Shown one piece after another: positions 50,495 through 64,000 of a stretch of 64,000 nucleotides of DNA (position 1 is the stretch's first letter; each line of letters starts with the position of its first letter). The notes under the pieces were generated by a model. It worked only from the letters and a program-made list of their open reading frames with translations. It was not told the DNA's origin and did not search any database. The stretch is taken from assembly GCA_051362555.1 (NCBI GenBank), contig CM120640.1:2232001-2296000 (forward strand). Reading direction: 5' to 3'. Source of the stretch: Lingula anatina. Lineage: Eukaryota; Animalia; Brachiopoda. The position numbers and the translations under genes are program-made.

Positions 50495-53400
50495 ACAATT
50501 GACTGTTGTATTCTCATTAATGTTTGAAGTCAGAACTGGTATGATATATTAGCATATGTCCATGTACACACCATTGTCTGATATAGTATTCAAGTGCTTT
50601 GTCTCCTGGCAAAGAACAGTCTCTGTGTTAGCAGTGGTACAAGTATCTGAAATCATGAATGAGGTACCATCAAGAGCACTGTGAGCTACATTCAAATATA
50701 AAGAAAAATGCTCCTGCTACTTGCTGTACATTTGCCCCATGGCAGCAGCTTTCCACTGTATTACTCTGCTCTTAGTAGCTAATTTAACCAGTAGAATTAA
50801 TATGCACTCAAGGACGACTGGCATGGCCCCATCCGTAATAAATTAGTGGCCTTTTGCATTATGAATTAGTTTCCACAGATGTGTTTCCTCTTGGACGTGA
50901 ATGTTAATTACCTGTCTGTGTTGAATAATTCTCTCCTGTCAGTGAACATACCAGGTCTTAAACAATGGCCTTGTAGTCTGATAGCTGGTGCAATGCTTTG
51001 ATGTATGCACTAGTTCATACCTGAACTTGAAACTGAAAAAAAGTTAAAAAGAAAAACATGAGCTCAAATTTGATTAATTTATGGAATTTTACTAGATTCA
51101 TTAGGCCTGGCTATGTGATTTTAAGCATTTTTAAACATTTTTATATGCAGTACTGAACCTAGTTGTCGGCTTGTGATTCCAGTCACATTTTTTTACCCCT
51201 TATTTTAGTCAGTACACGTACATTTGTTTGAAACGGGTCAAAAAGAGAATTAAACAGAGAATTGACAAATCGTTGAATTGTAATTTTATGTAGACAAGTA
51301 AGGCAAAGTTTTGTGAAACACCATCTGAATAATAAGTCGCATGCTTTAAAGCGTCTCTTTATCTGGTCCCCTGACCGTGACCTCTCTGAAGGAAAAAAAA
51401 AAAATTGTCCCTTTGTTTTATGTACAAGTGTCTACTGTTGTATAGTTGTATATATATAGTGCCATGGTTTTTATAGCACTGTCACTGGAGGGTGATAATT
51501 CATGATATTTTTAATTCATGGTTACATGACACATTAAGAATTATACTCCTTTGTACACTGCCGGCAGTGTTGTTAGAGGATTCATATATTATAGTGTATT
51601 ACATACATTAAAAGACAATAAATATTCCTTCCAAAATGTATTTCTTTTAGTGATATATGTTGAAATTGGTAAATCTTATCGCCTCTTATGCAATATGTAC
51701 TTCAGTTTGGTAAAAATTAATGGTCTGGTTTGCATTGGAAGTGCAACTGCTGTTTTTAGAAAAAAACGTTGGTACCAGTATGAAAAGTAGTCTGGTTCAA
51801 CAGCAACAGTTTTTTTTTTTTTTTAATTAAGAAAAATTAAAGCTTCTACAATCGGTAAGAACTCACTTTCATAGTTTGCCTTGATCAAGACATCTCTCCC
51901 CTCTTTAATAATAATCTTTCTTAAGTTAAAGCATAATGGTTCATGAAGATATACATGTAACCCCCCCCCCCCCCCCCATCCTCTTGGATTAAAATATTAA
52001 TGGGTCTTATCTTGGTGCAGTTTCCTTCTCCAGAAGTTTGATTCCATGTAATCCGCATTACAACATGCTTGTAATCATTTCACAGCTTTTAAAAACGTAT
52101 TTGTCTAATTTGATAAAATGATAATATTGGTTAAAAGTTGTTTTCATGTAAATGAGGTAGTAAATGTTTTACTTAAAATTTGCTGCAAAATCTTATAATT
52201 CACTTAGTCTGCAGAAAGTTGTGTAGTTCAAGCATATCTGCTCCTCTGCTGGCCCGCTGCAGCACTAAAGCTTCAAATTTTGCCAAGCCTGGGAACCTAG
52301 GTTTTTATTAATGATAATTGACTAAACTTAACCATGTTTACATAGCTTCTGTCCCCCAAAGTGCACCAAATTGAGATATTTTGTAAGATTTTTTTAATAT
52401 CAGAACTCATGCGACATGAAAAGTTACTTGGTGTTATGCACCCCTGACATGATACTGACAAAAGTCCATTGTTTTGACATTTTTGTGAGAAAGTTTTTCA
52501 ACTTGGTGATGGTGTTTATCACTGATGGGAATATGTCTGTACTGAAAAAGTCAGTCTAAAATGCAAGCCTTTTTTGTACAGACTCAGATGTGTCTGTACA
52601 TATAGCCGTCACCTCTGTCTTTTGTTGCCGTTGCCATCAAAATCGCCATGGAAATCCGTTTTACCTTTTGGCTTGTTTTTCTTTTTAGGGGAATTGGCCC
52701 ACTATCCTCATGTAAAATAAAGTAAACAACTGATGATTTATCCCAAGTCAGATGAGATACCTAAATTTTCTGTCTTGAAGACCTCAAAATGGACCCTGAT
52801 CTGTACAGGTTGATCAAGTTGTGTAAAATTCCTCGTAGTCTTTCTGTAAAAGCTCCTCATAAAAAGGTTTAAAAAGGAATTTCATTTTTAAAAACTGATT
52901 GCCTGCATCACAACTAATAAAGATCTAAACACAGAGGTCTTTTGAGAGAAAACATCATCACAAGGAAAACTACAGCTGGAAGTTTCCTTCTTTAGGTACC
53001 AGTTAGTTTTTGTGTAATTTTAATTGAATAAACATTATCTGCAAATAAATATTTCATATGTAATGATTAGATATTTTAATTAGAACAGTACATACATGCA
53101 GTATCTGGCAAAATACATTTGCTTTTTGTAACCAGATGCTGATTAATTATTTACTCAAATATGGGTCCTGGTTTCTCATTTTTGTTACAGGGATGCATGT
53201 GGTCAATGAAAGCTGACAAAAACATTTGTCCTTCCAAGAAAACAAGTATTTCCTTCTAGATATGAAATATTTGGGAGAAATTGGAGATGGAGCACATTCT
53301 TCGGTGACATGTTAAAATTTAACTTGTATTTAATGGGAGTTTGGTTGAAATACATTTGAGACAGATTTAATGCCACTGTTGTTTCTCATGTTGTAGTGCT

Positions 53401-54382
53401 TTATCCTACCTTAGTAAGTGTGATGATTTTGGACTAATATCAGGATATGCCAGTGAAAAAAAGGATTTTTGTAGAGCACACCCATTTGAAAATTAGTTAA
53501 ATAAATTGGCACTGATGAAACTATGAGGATTTTCCTTTTGGAATTATGTTTATTTTCATTTATTTTATTGTTTGTTTAGAATTATTTGTTCATTTTATTT
53601 GTTTTATTGTTTGTTTTTATGCATATTGCCATTGCCTGTGCATGTCCTCACTGTGCACTTATCAGAGTAAACATAATAAATGTATGACCAGGTGATTTAT
53701 AATCCTCAAACTTATTGGGAGTGATTCAAACATGTAGCACCAAAATACAGGCAAGTTAAGATAGCAGATTTAATGTACCACAAAAAGTGAGCAAAAAATA
53801 TGCTTGGCCAAAAAGTTTGGAAACTTTGTTATTTTGAATAATTATAAAATAATCATATGAGCTGAGGTAAATATTTTAACTAAGTATTGATGAGCAATGC
53901 ACTCACCATTCGTTACTTTTTGAAATTTTGCCAGGGAAAGGAATTCTGTGGGAATCATAGCAACATTTACAGTATGTATGGGGGGGGGGGTCAAATTTCA
54001 TTTTCACAAATCATGCAGATGGAGTGCAGCAAGGCTTGACAAAAAAAGTAAAAATTTCAGGCATACAGTACATATGTAGGATACAGTTTATAAAAGTCCA
54101 AGCCTCCATGATCTATAATGTCAAGACTTGTTCAAAATTTGTTGTGGAAATATAAAATTTTCCTGTCATGGATAAACCCAGGTAACACAAGTAATCACTT
54201 CATATGCATCTTATTTATGCAGTTTTAGTGAATATTTCATTTTTCCTACAAGTACATTTTTAGGAGCAACTTTGTTCTCCCACAGGCCTGAACCCATCTG
54301 GTACCAGTTATATTTTCCAATTGCCCACATTTACAATAGTACATATTAACAAATAAATGGTGATTACGCTCTTAAACATTGT

Positions 54383-54420
<38 letters not shown>

Positions 54421-55500
54421 TGCAACAGTACGTGATTATTTTCAGCTTTGTATGTGTGAAATTTATGCCGTCTTGTTTGAGAAATTTTCAACTTCTACTT
54501 ATAATAACACAATACCATACATGATGTAAACCAAAATTTCAGTGAAATATGTCATACAGTAAATCAAACTCCCTCCTAAAAACAAATTTTTATAGTTTAT
54601 ATTTATTACTTTTTGCAAAGGAAACATAAATACAATCAAAATGTACATGTGTATTCCATTAAGTATATTCCATACACTTAAACAAAGATGCAAAAAAAAA
54701 AAGGTTAAAAAGGTTTAAAAAAAAGGTACTATAAATGTACAAATCTGTACTCCATCTAAATATCTTTGGATTTTTTCCATTAAATAGTGACCTTTACTTT
54801 TATTCAAGACACATATGATATTTCACATCTGATGTTCAAAATCTGTGAATTATTTTGATATTCATATAGATCCCTTAAGGTTCAAATATTGTAAGTATTA
54901 ATCTTGTTACAAATACAAAAAATTGGTCACTTGAGATTTAACAAGCTTATGACATCCTTGTAAAATTGGAACTCCTTATTTAATGGTCAGTAATAATTTA
55001 GTGAAAACATGTCTTTACCACAAAATAATTTGGCCATTACCTGAAACTTCTAAAACTGTAAGATTTTTTCCTTAAACAGAAATGAGAAATACTGCCTTTT
55101 GTCAAACATAATACTCTTTTAATATATTTTTGATTTACTTAAAAATAAATATGCATAAATAAAAAAAAACATTTAGACCTATGACCCACTTCAAAAACTG
55201 TACTGCAGCCGGAATTATAAATAGTATTATCTGGCCTCTCATCCCAAAATACCTCATTTGAAATTCATATTTTACAACAATTGTACTTACACCATTCAAA
55301 ATCAAATTAAGATGCTGCAATGCAAAAATACTTTATTCAAGTCATAAAAATACAATCCATTGATAAAGCAATACATATGAAAATCAATATATTATTTTAC
55401 ATCTTTACAAAAGGGCAGCTGTTTATGTACACTACAATATATACACATCTGAGTGTCCACTCAGATTTGCGCCATAGGTGGCACAGCACTTCAAGACAGG

Positions 55501-55880
55501 TCATGAACTCATGGCATATTCCTCAAGGGCCCCACGGACACATTCTGCAGGAAAATCTTCTGGCTTCGTCAACACTGCCGTACTTGTGCTCAGCTGACGA
55601 AGTGTATGAAGTGCAACTAGAAAAAGGAACGAGGTATTCATACCTTACTGAAGTTACAGTGAAGTATGTTTTAATGATAAAATTTTGGCTTATGTTTATT
55701 GCAGGGAAATTTCCAAACAAAGCACAAAAACAGTGAACAATATCAACAACAAAAGAAAAAAAAAATGTGTGTATACAGTTTGTCAGGAACTCTTGTCTTT
55801 CATGCTCTAAATTTTCTTCATTTAGATTCTGGATATTGCAATGCCACTATACACTTAAGACTCCACTCCTTGCACTTCAA

Positions 55881-55913
<33 letters not shown>

Positions 55914-58900
55914 ATGAATGTACAAACATCAATCTCACCTGCCCTCATGCCCCCCAGTGAGCAGTGGTTCTGCAACCAGACCATTACAGAAGAGCGGAAC
56001 TCATTCCAGGTCTTGGTGGACACGGTTTGGTTGAAGGAGTCAAACAATGGACGCATTAACATTCCATACTAATGCCAAAGTCAAGGTAAACACTAAATAT
56101 AAACATATTACTCTAAATTTCTGATAAGCTGTAAGGCTTTAAGATTTTAATAAATTGAACTGAAACTAGTTACCTCTCATTTCATCTTGAATGTGACTTC
56201 AATTTAAGACTTTGAGGTGTGAGTTAACGAAACACTGCAAGTTCACTGCAGGATTGCTCTACTTTTAAGACATTTTAAAAATTGTAGCTGAAATGATACC
56301 TGTTCAGTTCTTAGAAATAAATACACAAGTATCCACATAATCAAGTATTCTTGCCATTGTAAATATATGTCCAATTTTGACATAAACAAATTGTCTTCAT
56401 TATCTTAATCTTTTTACTTTAAAAAGGATACGACCCAATATTTCCAACTCCTGTAAGTTTCTCTTCTTACATGTTCCTCGTACATAGCCCCCAAATTTGA
56501 CTTGGATGTTACAGCAGAGCTCTTGGCACACTCTTCACCAACATCAGTACCCGACTCAGGAAGCAAGGCTTGCAACTGGCTGTAAAAATTCAAGAAAAAA
56601 TGCATTAGAAAACTTAAAATGAAATAAGAATTAACCAAACTTTTCGGAGTGTAGACGAAATCACACACAGATAAAGCGCACTTTAATCACTGGTGACATT
56701 AAAAACTGTGGCGTAAGTGAAAAAAAAAAAAAAAAGGAAGAGGAACTGGATATAATTTCTATTCAACAAAAAAGAATGTGAATTGATTGTGTTATTTTAT
56801 AAGAACCAAAAAGAAATTTAAATTGTAATTTTCAAATTGACAAAAAAAGAATATCCCTGCCCACCCAAGTCTGAAATTAAAGAAACTGCCCATTTGAATT
56901 ATTCAATTCAATCAATTTTTGATTTGACCTGAAGACAAGAAAAGTTTTAATCAAAATCTTATTATTTAGAATCCAAAATGAAAAACATGCCTGAAATTCA
57001 GAAAAGTTTTTATTTATTTTGACAGAAATAGTTCAAAAAAATATTAATTTTTAATTGAAGAGGGACCTGCAATTCTAACCACAAAACAGTTTTGAATTAT
57101 TGTATTAAAGTGTGCATCTGCTGTGTATCATCTGCAAAAAAAATCCATAGTAATGAGATTTTCAAGACAAGCATGCATGCATATACCAACAGTCTTTCAT
57201 TCAATCACATTATGTCAATGATTGGTGGAAAACTAATCTGTAAACCATGTTCACAACAGCGTGAAGTAAGCTTACCCCATCCACATACTTACCTAACCCA
57301 ATACACTTGGTGGTGATATGTTGTTTTGTGCGTTATTTTTTTCGAAAATGACCCTCACCTAGTCTGTTGGGTCAGCATCTCTATTTCGGCACGCAGAGCG
57401 TCACCCTCATTCTGCATTTGAATACGCTCAGCCTGGAGCTGTCGGCAGTAATCGGCAGCTGGTGTGTTTAAAAGCAGAGGGTGTCGTTTTAATAAACGGG
57501 ACATGGGGGACCAGTGTGCTGCCAGGTCTTTTCCCATCATGCTTTTTTATCCAAAGAAAAAAATTATCTTTTTTTTTTTTTCATTTCACTGATGATGACA
57601 ATCCATAACCGGATGAATAAATGTTTTCATCCTTCCAAAAGTGCATGTCATGGTTCTGATCTAGCAACACAGAATAAGGGAGGGGGAATGTATATATAAA
57701 CATCTGCCATGTCTTATCTTATCTGGTAGATGACACAAGTACTCACATTGTATCAAAGCAGGAAAATAAACTGTCAAGAAATCCCAAACATTTCTCTTTA
57801 AATTTACAAACAGGTCTTACATAAACCTTGTTAAATGAGCGTTTGCCTTTTTGCTCATCTGTCGGATAGTTTTCTGAAGACAGATAGTGGCTAAAATACA
57901 ATATAATTTATAATCTTATATAAATTTAGCATTTTAGTAAGGTATAGTTACTTTTTAGCAGAACTGATTAGAGTTTACAATGAACTGAAAAATTTTTGTC
58001 CCCAAAAATGTTTTAGATACTTGAAAAAAAATTAAATTTTATGAAACTCATAAAACGGTCACTTGTTGGCAGACAACTTTATTTTTCCATGTGAAATCTT
58101 CCTGTGTGTGCATGTGTGTGTATGCTGTTGTTGTTGTTGTTTTGAACGAAAAGTTTTATGAGAACAAGCCAAGGTGAGTGTTGGGCATCTGGGGTCAACA
58201 ATAATCTTTATCAACATGGAGGTCTCTTCAGTTTAACAGAAGAGTTCAAAGAGTAAAACTGTCCCCCTTGACAGAAAATCTCCTAATATCTGCAAAAACA
58301 GCAATATTATTTATGTATTTATTATTAAAATTATTATTATTATTATCATTTTGAGTGTCTGTAGACTATATTATATCCACATTTTAAAAATAAGACTGTC
58401 ACAGAAGTAGAGTTCACATCAAACAACAGTTAACATTTCTTAAAGAACCATCATGGAGCTTTTATCTTTTGTTAAAAATTATAAACATCAATATTAAATA
58501 ACTTATTTCAGAAGTTTTCTCTGCTAAAGTAATCTTTAATGTCACTATTGCAAAATTATTCAAAGATTCATCTGGTATTTTGAGATTGCACAACAAAGAC
58601 TATTTTCACAGATCATGAAAGGCAAATGCAAGATCACATATCTTTGTTTTGTGTTCTTTTCCTGTTTGATAACACAATGCTTATACTTGTATATAACACT
58701 GTCCCTAACTGTAACATTTTCTTTTGGAAATGATGGGAAGACTTGTGTTTGGCCAATGAAGGACAAATGAGTTCCCACCTACCTTTGAACAACATGGCAG
58801 ATTTACTCTCTCTGCTTCCTGGGCTATCATCAATGGCTGGAACGAGTGACTTCAGGTCTCCAAAGCCATGCTAAAATTAAATATTTATTTTCTTTTTCAA

Positions 58901-61820
58901 AAAAAGTAATAATCACCATAATGTCTTAGGCTATGCATATGGATTTTCTGTGTTCTGCTACAAAACTTCATAGCTGGCTTCAAGGAGAAAGGGGAATATT
59001 GCTTTTGGCTCACAAATCATAATACAGATTTTTAATACCAAATCATTACACTGTGATTAATCAAATAGTTACGTAAGACAAATAAACAGTTGTCTCTCTA
59101 GAAAACCATTCAAAATAATAAACAGGTTTATAAAAAAACAATATGGTGTAATATATACTAGACCAATGGGTTATATTTGTTCGTAATTTTCCTAGTTATT
59201 TCTCTCCTTTTTTAAAAAAGCACCTGAATTTTTGATCTCCTACGCAATTCTGCCTTTATATGAGATTCTCTCTTGTGTCTTGCCACGGGGTTCTTTTGTT
59301 TCCTCTTTCTGCTGCTTTCAGATCCTGGGGATGCCTCTGGACTGCTGGGCAATGACACAATGGATGACGGTTGTTCCAAGCTCTGTGGAGATTCGATGCT
59401 CAAGGTTTTCAGGAGGGAATTCTGCATGATAAAAATATATATTATGCTGACAGAAATTTTAAATTTGCTGGAGTTTGAGGCCATTAATGCACTTAATGCT
59501 TCAACATTACATGTGTACCATGCAAAAAAAACTGAGACCCATGATAAGGAAAAAAATATATAAATGTATTTAACAGCCCTCTACTTTCAAGTTTAGTATG
59601 TTTTGTCACATCTCAACAAACAAAGCAAAATAAAAGTGTAATTCACAATATTTTCTAACAAAGACTGAAGATGATGTAAAAGTAATCAGTAGTTTTGTGG
59701 TTAATAGGGAAAAATTGGATTACTCCTTTCTCAACATACTTAATAATGTTTGAACTGTTATATCTACTGCATGAAATGTGCCTGGTTTAGCTGTGTTGTA
59801 GACAGCTACTAGCATAAGATAATAAAATATCAGATTTTTTTCTTTGCTTTCGAACAATAAAATGTTTTGTTCAAAACCTATTAAGTCATGTAATAGATTT
59901 GCTTATTGCTCTGAAGAATCAACAGATGTTAAAATAGCAATGTCTTCATAGAGGGTGTCATTGGGTCTTTTTGTCACCCCTGAAAGTCACTTTTAATTAT
60001 CTGAGATGCATGAAATGTTCATATTATTTGATCTGTGAAAAATCCCATTCATGTACGTCACTTGTGAATGCAAGTTTTTACTCTTTGTCATTCGTGTCAA
60101 AAAGTCATTCTTGGTGATTTGAGATATCCAACTTATATTTCCTGCATTTTAAATGAAACAGAATAAAGATTTATATCCTGTGATTTGTGCATCGATAAGT
60201 TATTTCCAGTGAACTTTGATCACTCCCCCCCTTCCCCCACAATGGAACCCTCACCACAGTACTCAGGGGCAGGTCAGGCCATCTTCTGGGTCTTCCGGAA
60301 GACGGTCAGATTGTCAGGTTTATTTTGACGGTTATCTAATGTTTTCTGTCGGAAGATGGTCAAAATAGAGGATGGATCAACAAAGAAAATATCTCTTCTC
60401 ATAGAAGAATATATGACTTGTTTTCTGCACTATGAGCCATGAGGGGTAATGACCCACTGAGAGAGTGATCCATGAGGCCATGCAAGCATGTCCACTTAGG
60501 TGTTAATAAGGTGAGTGCACATGATAAGGTTTATGGCTTTATGCACAACAGATCCGGTATCAGAATCAAAGAGAACCACTTGTCCACTGACCATGAATTT
60601 TCCTCCAGTCAACAGGGCTACTGTTATTTGTAGTCCAAGGGTGTTATGCTCATTATCATACCTTGTCAGAAAAAAGAAAAGGTGACCAAACCTTGGGTTA
60701 AGTAAAGTCTCAATCTAGCAATAGTATTTTGGGGCGTTTTGATTTCTGCACAAACTATAAATAAACTATTATTTCTGTATGTAATAAATGTATAATCGAT
60801 ACCAGCACTTTCTGCCGCCAATGCCTGTCTGAAAAATAATCTGTACATGAGTGCCGATTCAAAAAAAATATGGTACAAAGTTTGATGTCGTTACAAAAAA
60901 CTTCCTGGTTTGGCCTTCAACTGTGCTGCATCACTTGTGACTTAATTTGGTAACAAAGTTTTTCAGTGCAAAATATTTTAATTTATTCTGAAGTCTTCTT
61001 ACCCGGGCAAAGTCATTCCATAAGTTTTCTTTTTTAATGTAAAGCAAAATCATGTATGGGCCATAAAAAAAGGTAAAAAATAACTATACATTATGATAAA
61101 TTATATATTCCTCTCCTGTTTCTGTCATGACAGTTAATACGTCATGTCCAGTAATACGATAGTCACCCTGGGCATTGACCCAGAAAGGTCATGCCTCTGA
61201 CGTCACACATACGTCAGTAATGAATGGGTTTTTACAGAGACACACCTCCTGCCATCGGAACTGGATTGGACCAGATTATTCACGTGAACAACGCACCTTC
61301 TCATTTACGGCAATATCATTGGATATAAGGCAAAACACGTGATAGAAAACTGCAAAGGTATATAAAGACGAACACTACCCATATTCAGATTCTATCGATC
61401 AAGTCAGCGCCGAGGACGATAATAGTAAACTAAGCAACGTGCTGCCTGACTTAGATGTACAAATTTGTAAACAGTACGTGGTTCAAAAGTTAACGTCACG
61501 GTAAAATCCGATGCTCGGTTACTCAAAATCATCAAAGAAATAATCTGAACAAATCTTAAGATATCAAAGACGTACTGAAGAAGGATCTTTATCTGATCGC
61601 ACGAGAACGTGCTGAATTATACAACTATATAGCAGAAATACGAAGTAATGGTTTAGGACTATTACCAAAGTATTTCACTTACTTGTTCTTGGTATGGGTC
61701 TTCGATGGTCAGGTTAAACAGATCTGTATCATCTAAAAATCTCGCCAGTAACATTTCGGGACAATCTCTGTCGGCCTTCATCCTCTCCGCGAGCGTGTTG
61801 TCGCTACGAATGCCAGGCAT
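55501..61820 (-). CDS. Short Mondo/ChREBP (MLXIP/MLXIPL)-like bHLH-ZIP-DCD protein, ~305 aa, 7 exons
   Basis: RESHIKAELRRRSKIQ|HGFGDLKSLVP..ESKSAMLFK|AADYCRQLQAERIQMQNEGDALRAEIE..|LQALLPESG..MYEEHVRRETYRSWKYWV|YGMLMRPLFDSFNQTVST..WLQNHCSL..|LRQLSTSTAVLTKPE parallels the ChREBP C-terminus as I recall it. Exons at ~61683-61820, 59224-59421, 58783-58870, 57359-57459, 56433-56579, 55939-56068, 55501-55616. Confidence 0.85.
55884..55912. repeat. (TG)n microsatellite in the last intron of the bHLH gene
   Basis: About 14 GT units. Confidence 0.9.
61135..61612. promoter_or_regulatory. Motif-dense promoter/enhancer-like block in intron 1 of the Mondo-like gene
   Basis: TGACGTCA at 61198-61205, ATTGG at ~61265, CACGTG at 61281 and 61336, TATATAAAG at 61359-61367, and several further ACGTG. 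Confidence 0.5.
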
Positions 61821-62034
61821 TAACTGGCGCTCACCGCTGGTGGCGCGGCGATCACCGGGGCAGCATTCCGTGTCTCTAATTGGTGGACTAATCAACACAA
61901 AGTTTTTAACAACAAAGTTAATCGTCGCAACATGAGTGTCTTTTGTGGAAAGGAAATCAGTATGACCGACAAAAACTCGTCAATTTTCTAAATTTACTAT
62001 TGCAACGAAGGTCACATGTTTCGCAATGCTAACC

Positions 62035-62110
62035 CTGTATAAACCAATAGGGGGCAGAACGATAGCATTGATGAAATGTAATGAGACCTGTGTGGGTGAT
62101 TGGTTGTTTT
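62035..62110 (-). promoter_or_regulatory. CCAAT-box promoter candidate for the Mondo-like gene
   Basis: CCAAT at ~62044 and GATTGG at ~62098, about 220-280 bp upstream of ATG 61820. Confidence 0.4.
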
Positions 62111-64000
62111 AGGGGCCTGCACTTCTTGTTTGGTCGTTTGTTTCTACAGTATTTCAAATTTTAAAAGTTTGGAAATCTTGGGGGCATTGATTTCCAAGGG
62201 GGATTTTTTTTCAGCAAATGTGCTAATATCACAAGCGTCAAAATAAATGGTGAAATAAATTATGTTTGATCTAAATCGGGTAAATGAAAAGCTGAGAGGG
62301 ACAAGCGCCGTTATGATAATAAATAAAGAATATAAAAAAAAACTATCGAGAGTTTTTTAAAGGCTTGTCAAATAAAAATCAAATTAACACTTATTAAAAT
62401 AAAGAGGTGGCACATATATTAAGCAAAAACTTAACCTCGGGTGTTAGGATGCAGCCTTTCTCTGCTATTTAAATAGAATTCATGAATGAAGCCACGAGTA
62501 GGCCTCAGATAGCATCGTTTTCGGTATCTTATTACCACATACTGTTCTTACCTGCTGTTGTTATGTGCATTTTACGCTATTTAATAGTCCTGAAAATGTT
62601 CCCTGAAAGGTTTCAATGGCCTCCCAGAATATTTGTTCGTGTAGCAAAAAATTGTATTGTTGTTGTTATATAATATTGTCCTCTTAATGATAAGTGTTAG
62701 GTCTAAATATCATCACTACATAAGCACCGACCAAAAACAGAACCTCCATTATTTTAATTCAGCCATGTTGCGAGATGGCGATCATCGTGCACGATGTGAG
62801 TAAAGAATTAGCAGCATCAGGTGACCGAATGCTACTTGATAATAATTAATTACATTTGAATATCAGATCTTGTGTCTACTGCATCTCACGCAAGTCATCT
62901 CTATACTACCCCAACCCCATTTATCTTGATAAGTTCTGGGGGTAGATTATTAATTAATTAATTTATTTTATCTATTTTATTTATATTTATTTATTTATTT
63001 ATTTTATTTATTTATTTATTTGCTAAGATGGTTTGGATACAAGTTCATACATCGACTAATCCTCATCTTTCTTTTGACTTTCCCCCGCTTGCATCTGTCA
63101 TTGACGCTTCCGATTCTCCTCAGAAGCACTTACGTATATACATATATACATATAGGCAGTGAAACAAATATAAGCAATATACAATGACAGTATTAGAAAA
63201 GAACAGCAATATTAAAAAATCAAGAGTTCACATCAAACACTATTTAAAACTTTAGATGTGGGAACCTTGTATCAGAACACTACTTAAAATTTCGATTTAA
63301 ATTTAAAGGATGTGGTCATTTGAAGTAAATGTTTTATTGAAAAATAATCCAAAAGAAACGAGAATTGAAATATTTCTGTAAATTGAACTTCCCTTAAAAC
63401 ACAGGTCTTTCGTTAGTTAAAAATTTCTCATCTCATAATTTGTTCCTCAGAAATGATGTACTGGTACTTGTTTGGAGCGACCACTGGTCATTGCTTTCAC
63501 TATGCATGGTACGCGGCGGCATAGGAATGTATAAATGACCTAACAGCCGAACAATGGCACGAAAGCGGACGTTTGCGTAGTCTATAATATGAGGCACAGG
63601 AGTGTAAAATAACATACGGATGAGAATTGACTAAATATCTAATTATCTTATTTTCAGAAAACGTGGACATACCCCCTCCCCCCCTTTCTTGTGCCGCCCA
63701 GAGCACGTCCACTATCCGCCATGCTCTAAGTAAGCTACTGATGCGACATGACAGAGCGCAAACTTAGATACTGAAGCGAATGAAAGAAGGCGGGCACTGT
63801 GCACGTTCCACAACGTGAGTTAATGCCCGTCACTGATGCACGCGTTTCGAGGACGTGGACCACCTTATCTTCGAGACAAACGCACAGAAGCGCGTTATAA
63901 AAGTCGAGCAAGGGCATCTGTCAAAATACCTGCGTTGCGTGGTAGTCACTGTCGTGGCTGTCTTGTTAAAACTACCTTAGATTTATATTAAAGATAAGAC

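Noticed and set aside
50116-50527. Cys-rich 'metallothionein-like' (-) and Leu-rich (+) repeat ORFs
   Set aside because: They are by-products of a 54-bp (3n) minisatellite that is open in several frames; no splice or promoter support.

Overview
Eukaryotic, AT-rich, intron-containing invertebrate (metazoan) DNA; the taxon cannot be fixed from the sequence. I assembled nine protein-coding genes by hand from ORF pieces and GT-AG sites. In order: two tandem + strand paralogues with an unusual SH3 / disordered linker / DC-STAMP multipass / C-terminal Cys-rich RING-like architecture (2.6-9.9 kb); a CMAS / coclaurine-N-methyltransferase-like SAM methyltransferase with no coding intron; RAD51AP1 (-) head-to-head with CBR4 (+); an unrecognised gene (-) with a Q/W-rich tail and a PAM2-like motif; calreticulin (-) with ERSE elements; MAP3K7/TAK1 (+, about 19 exons); and a short Mondo/ChREBP-type bHLH-ZIP gene (-) that seems to lack the glucose-sensing N-terminus. 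Several MITE families, a LINE remnant, two minisatellites and a 323-bp intron-containing copy of part of calreticulin are also present. The best candidate for an undescribed system is the SH3-DC-STAMP-RING pair, where one copy keeps and the other lacks the six-Cys ectodomain. All family calls come from motif recognition, not database searches, and some exon boundaries are approximate.
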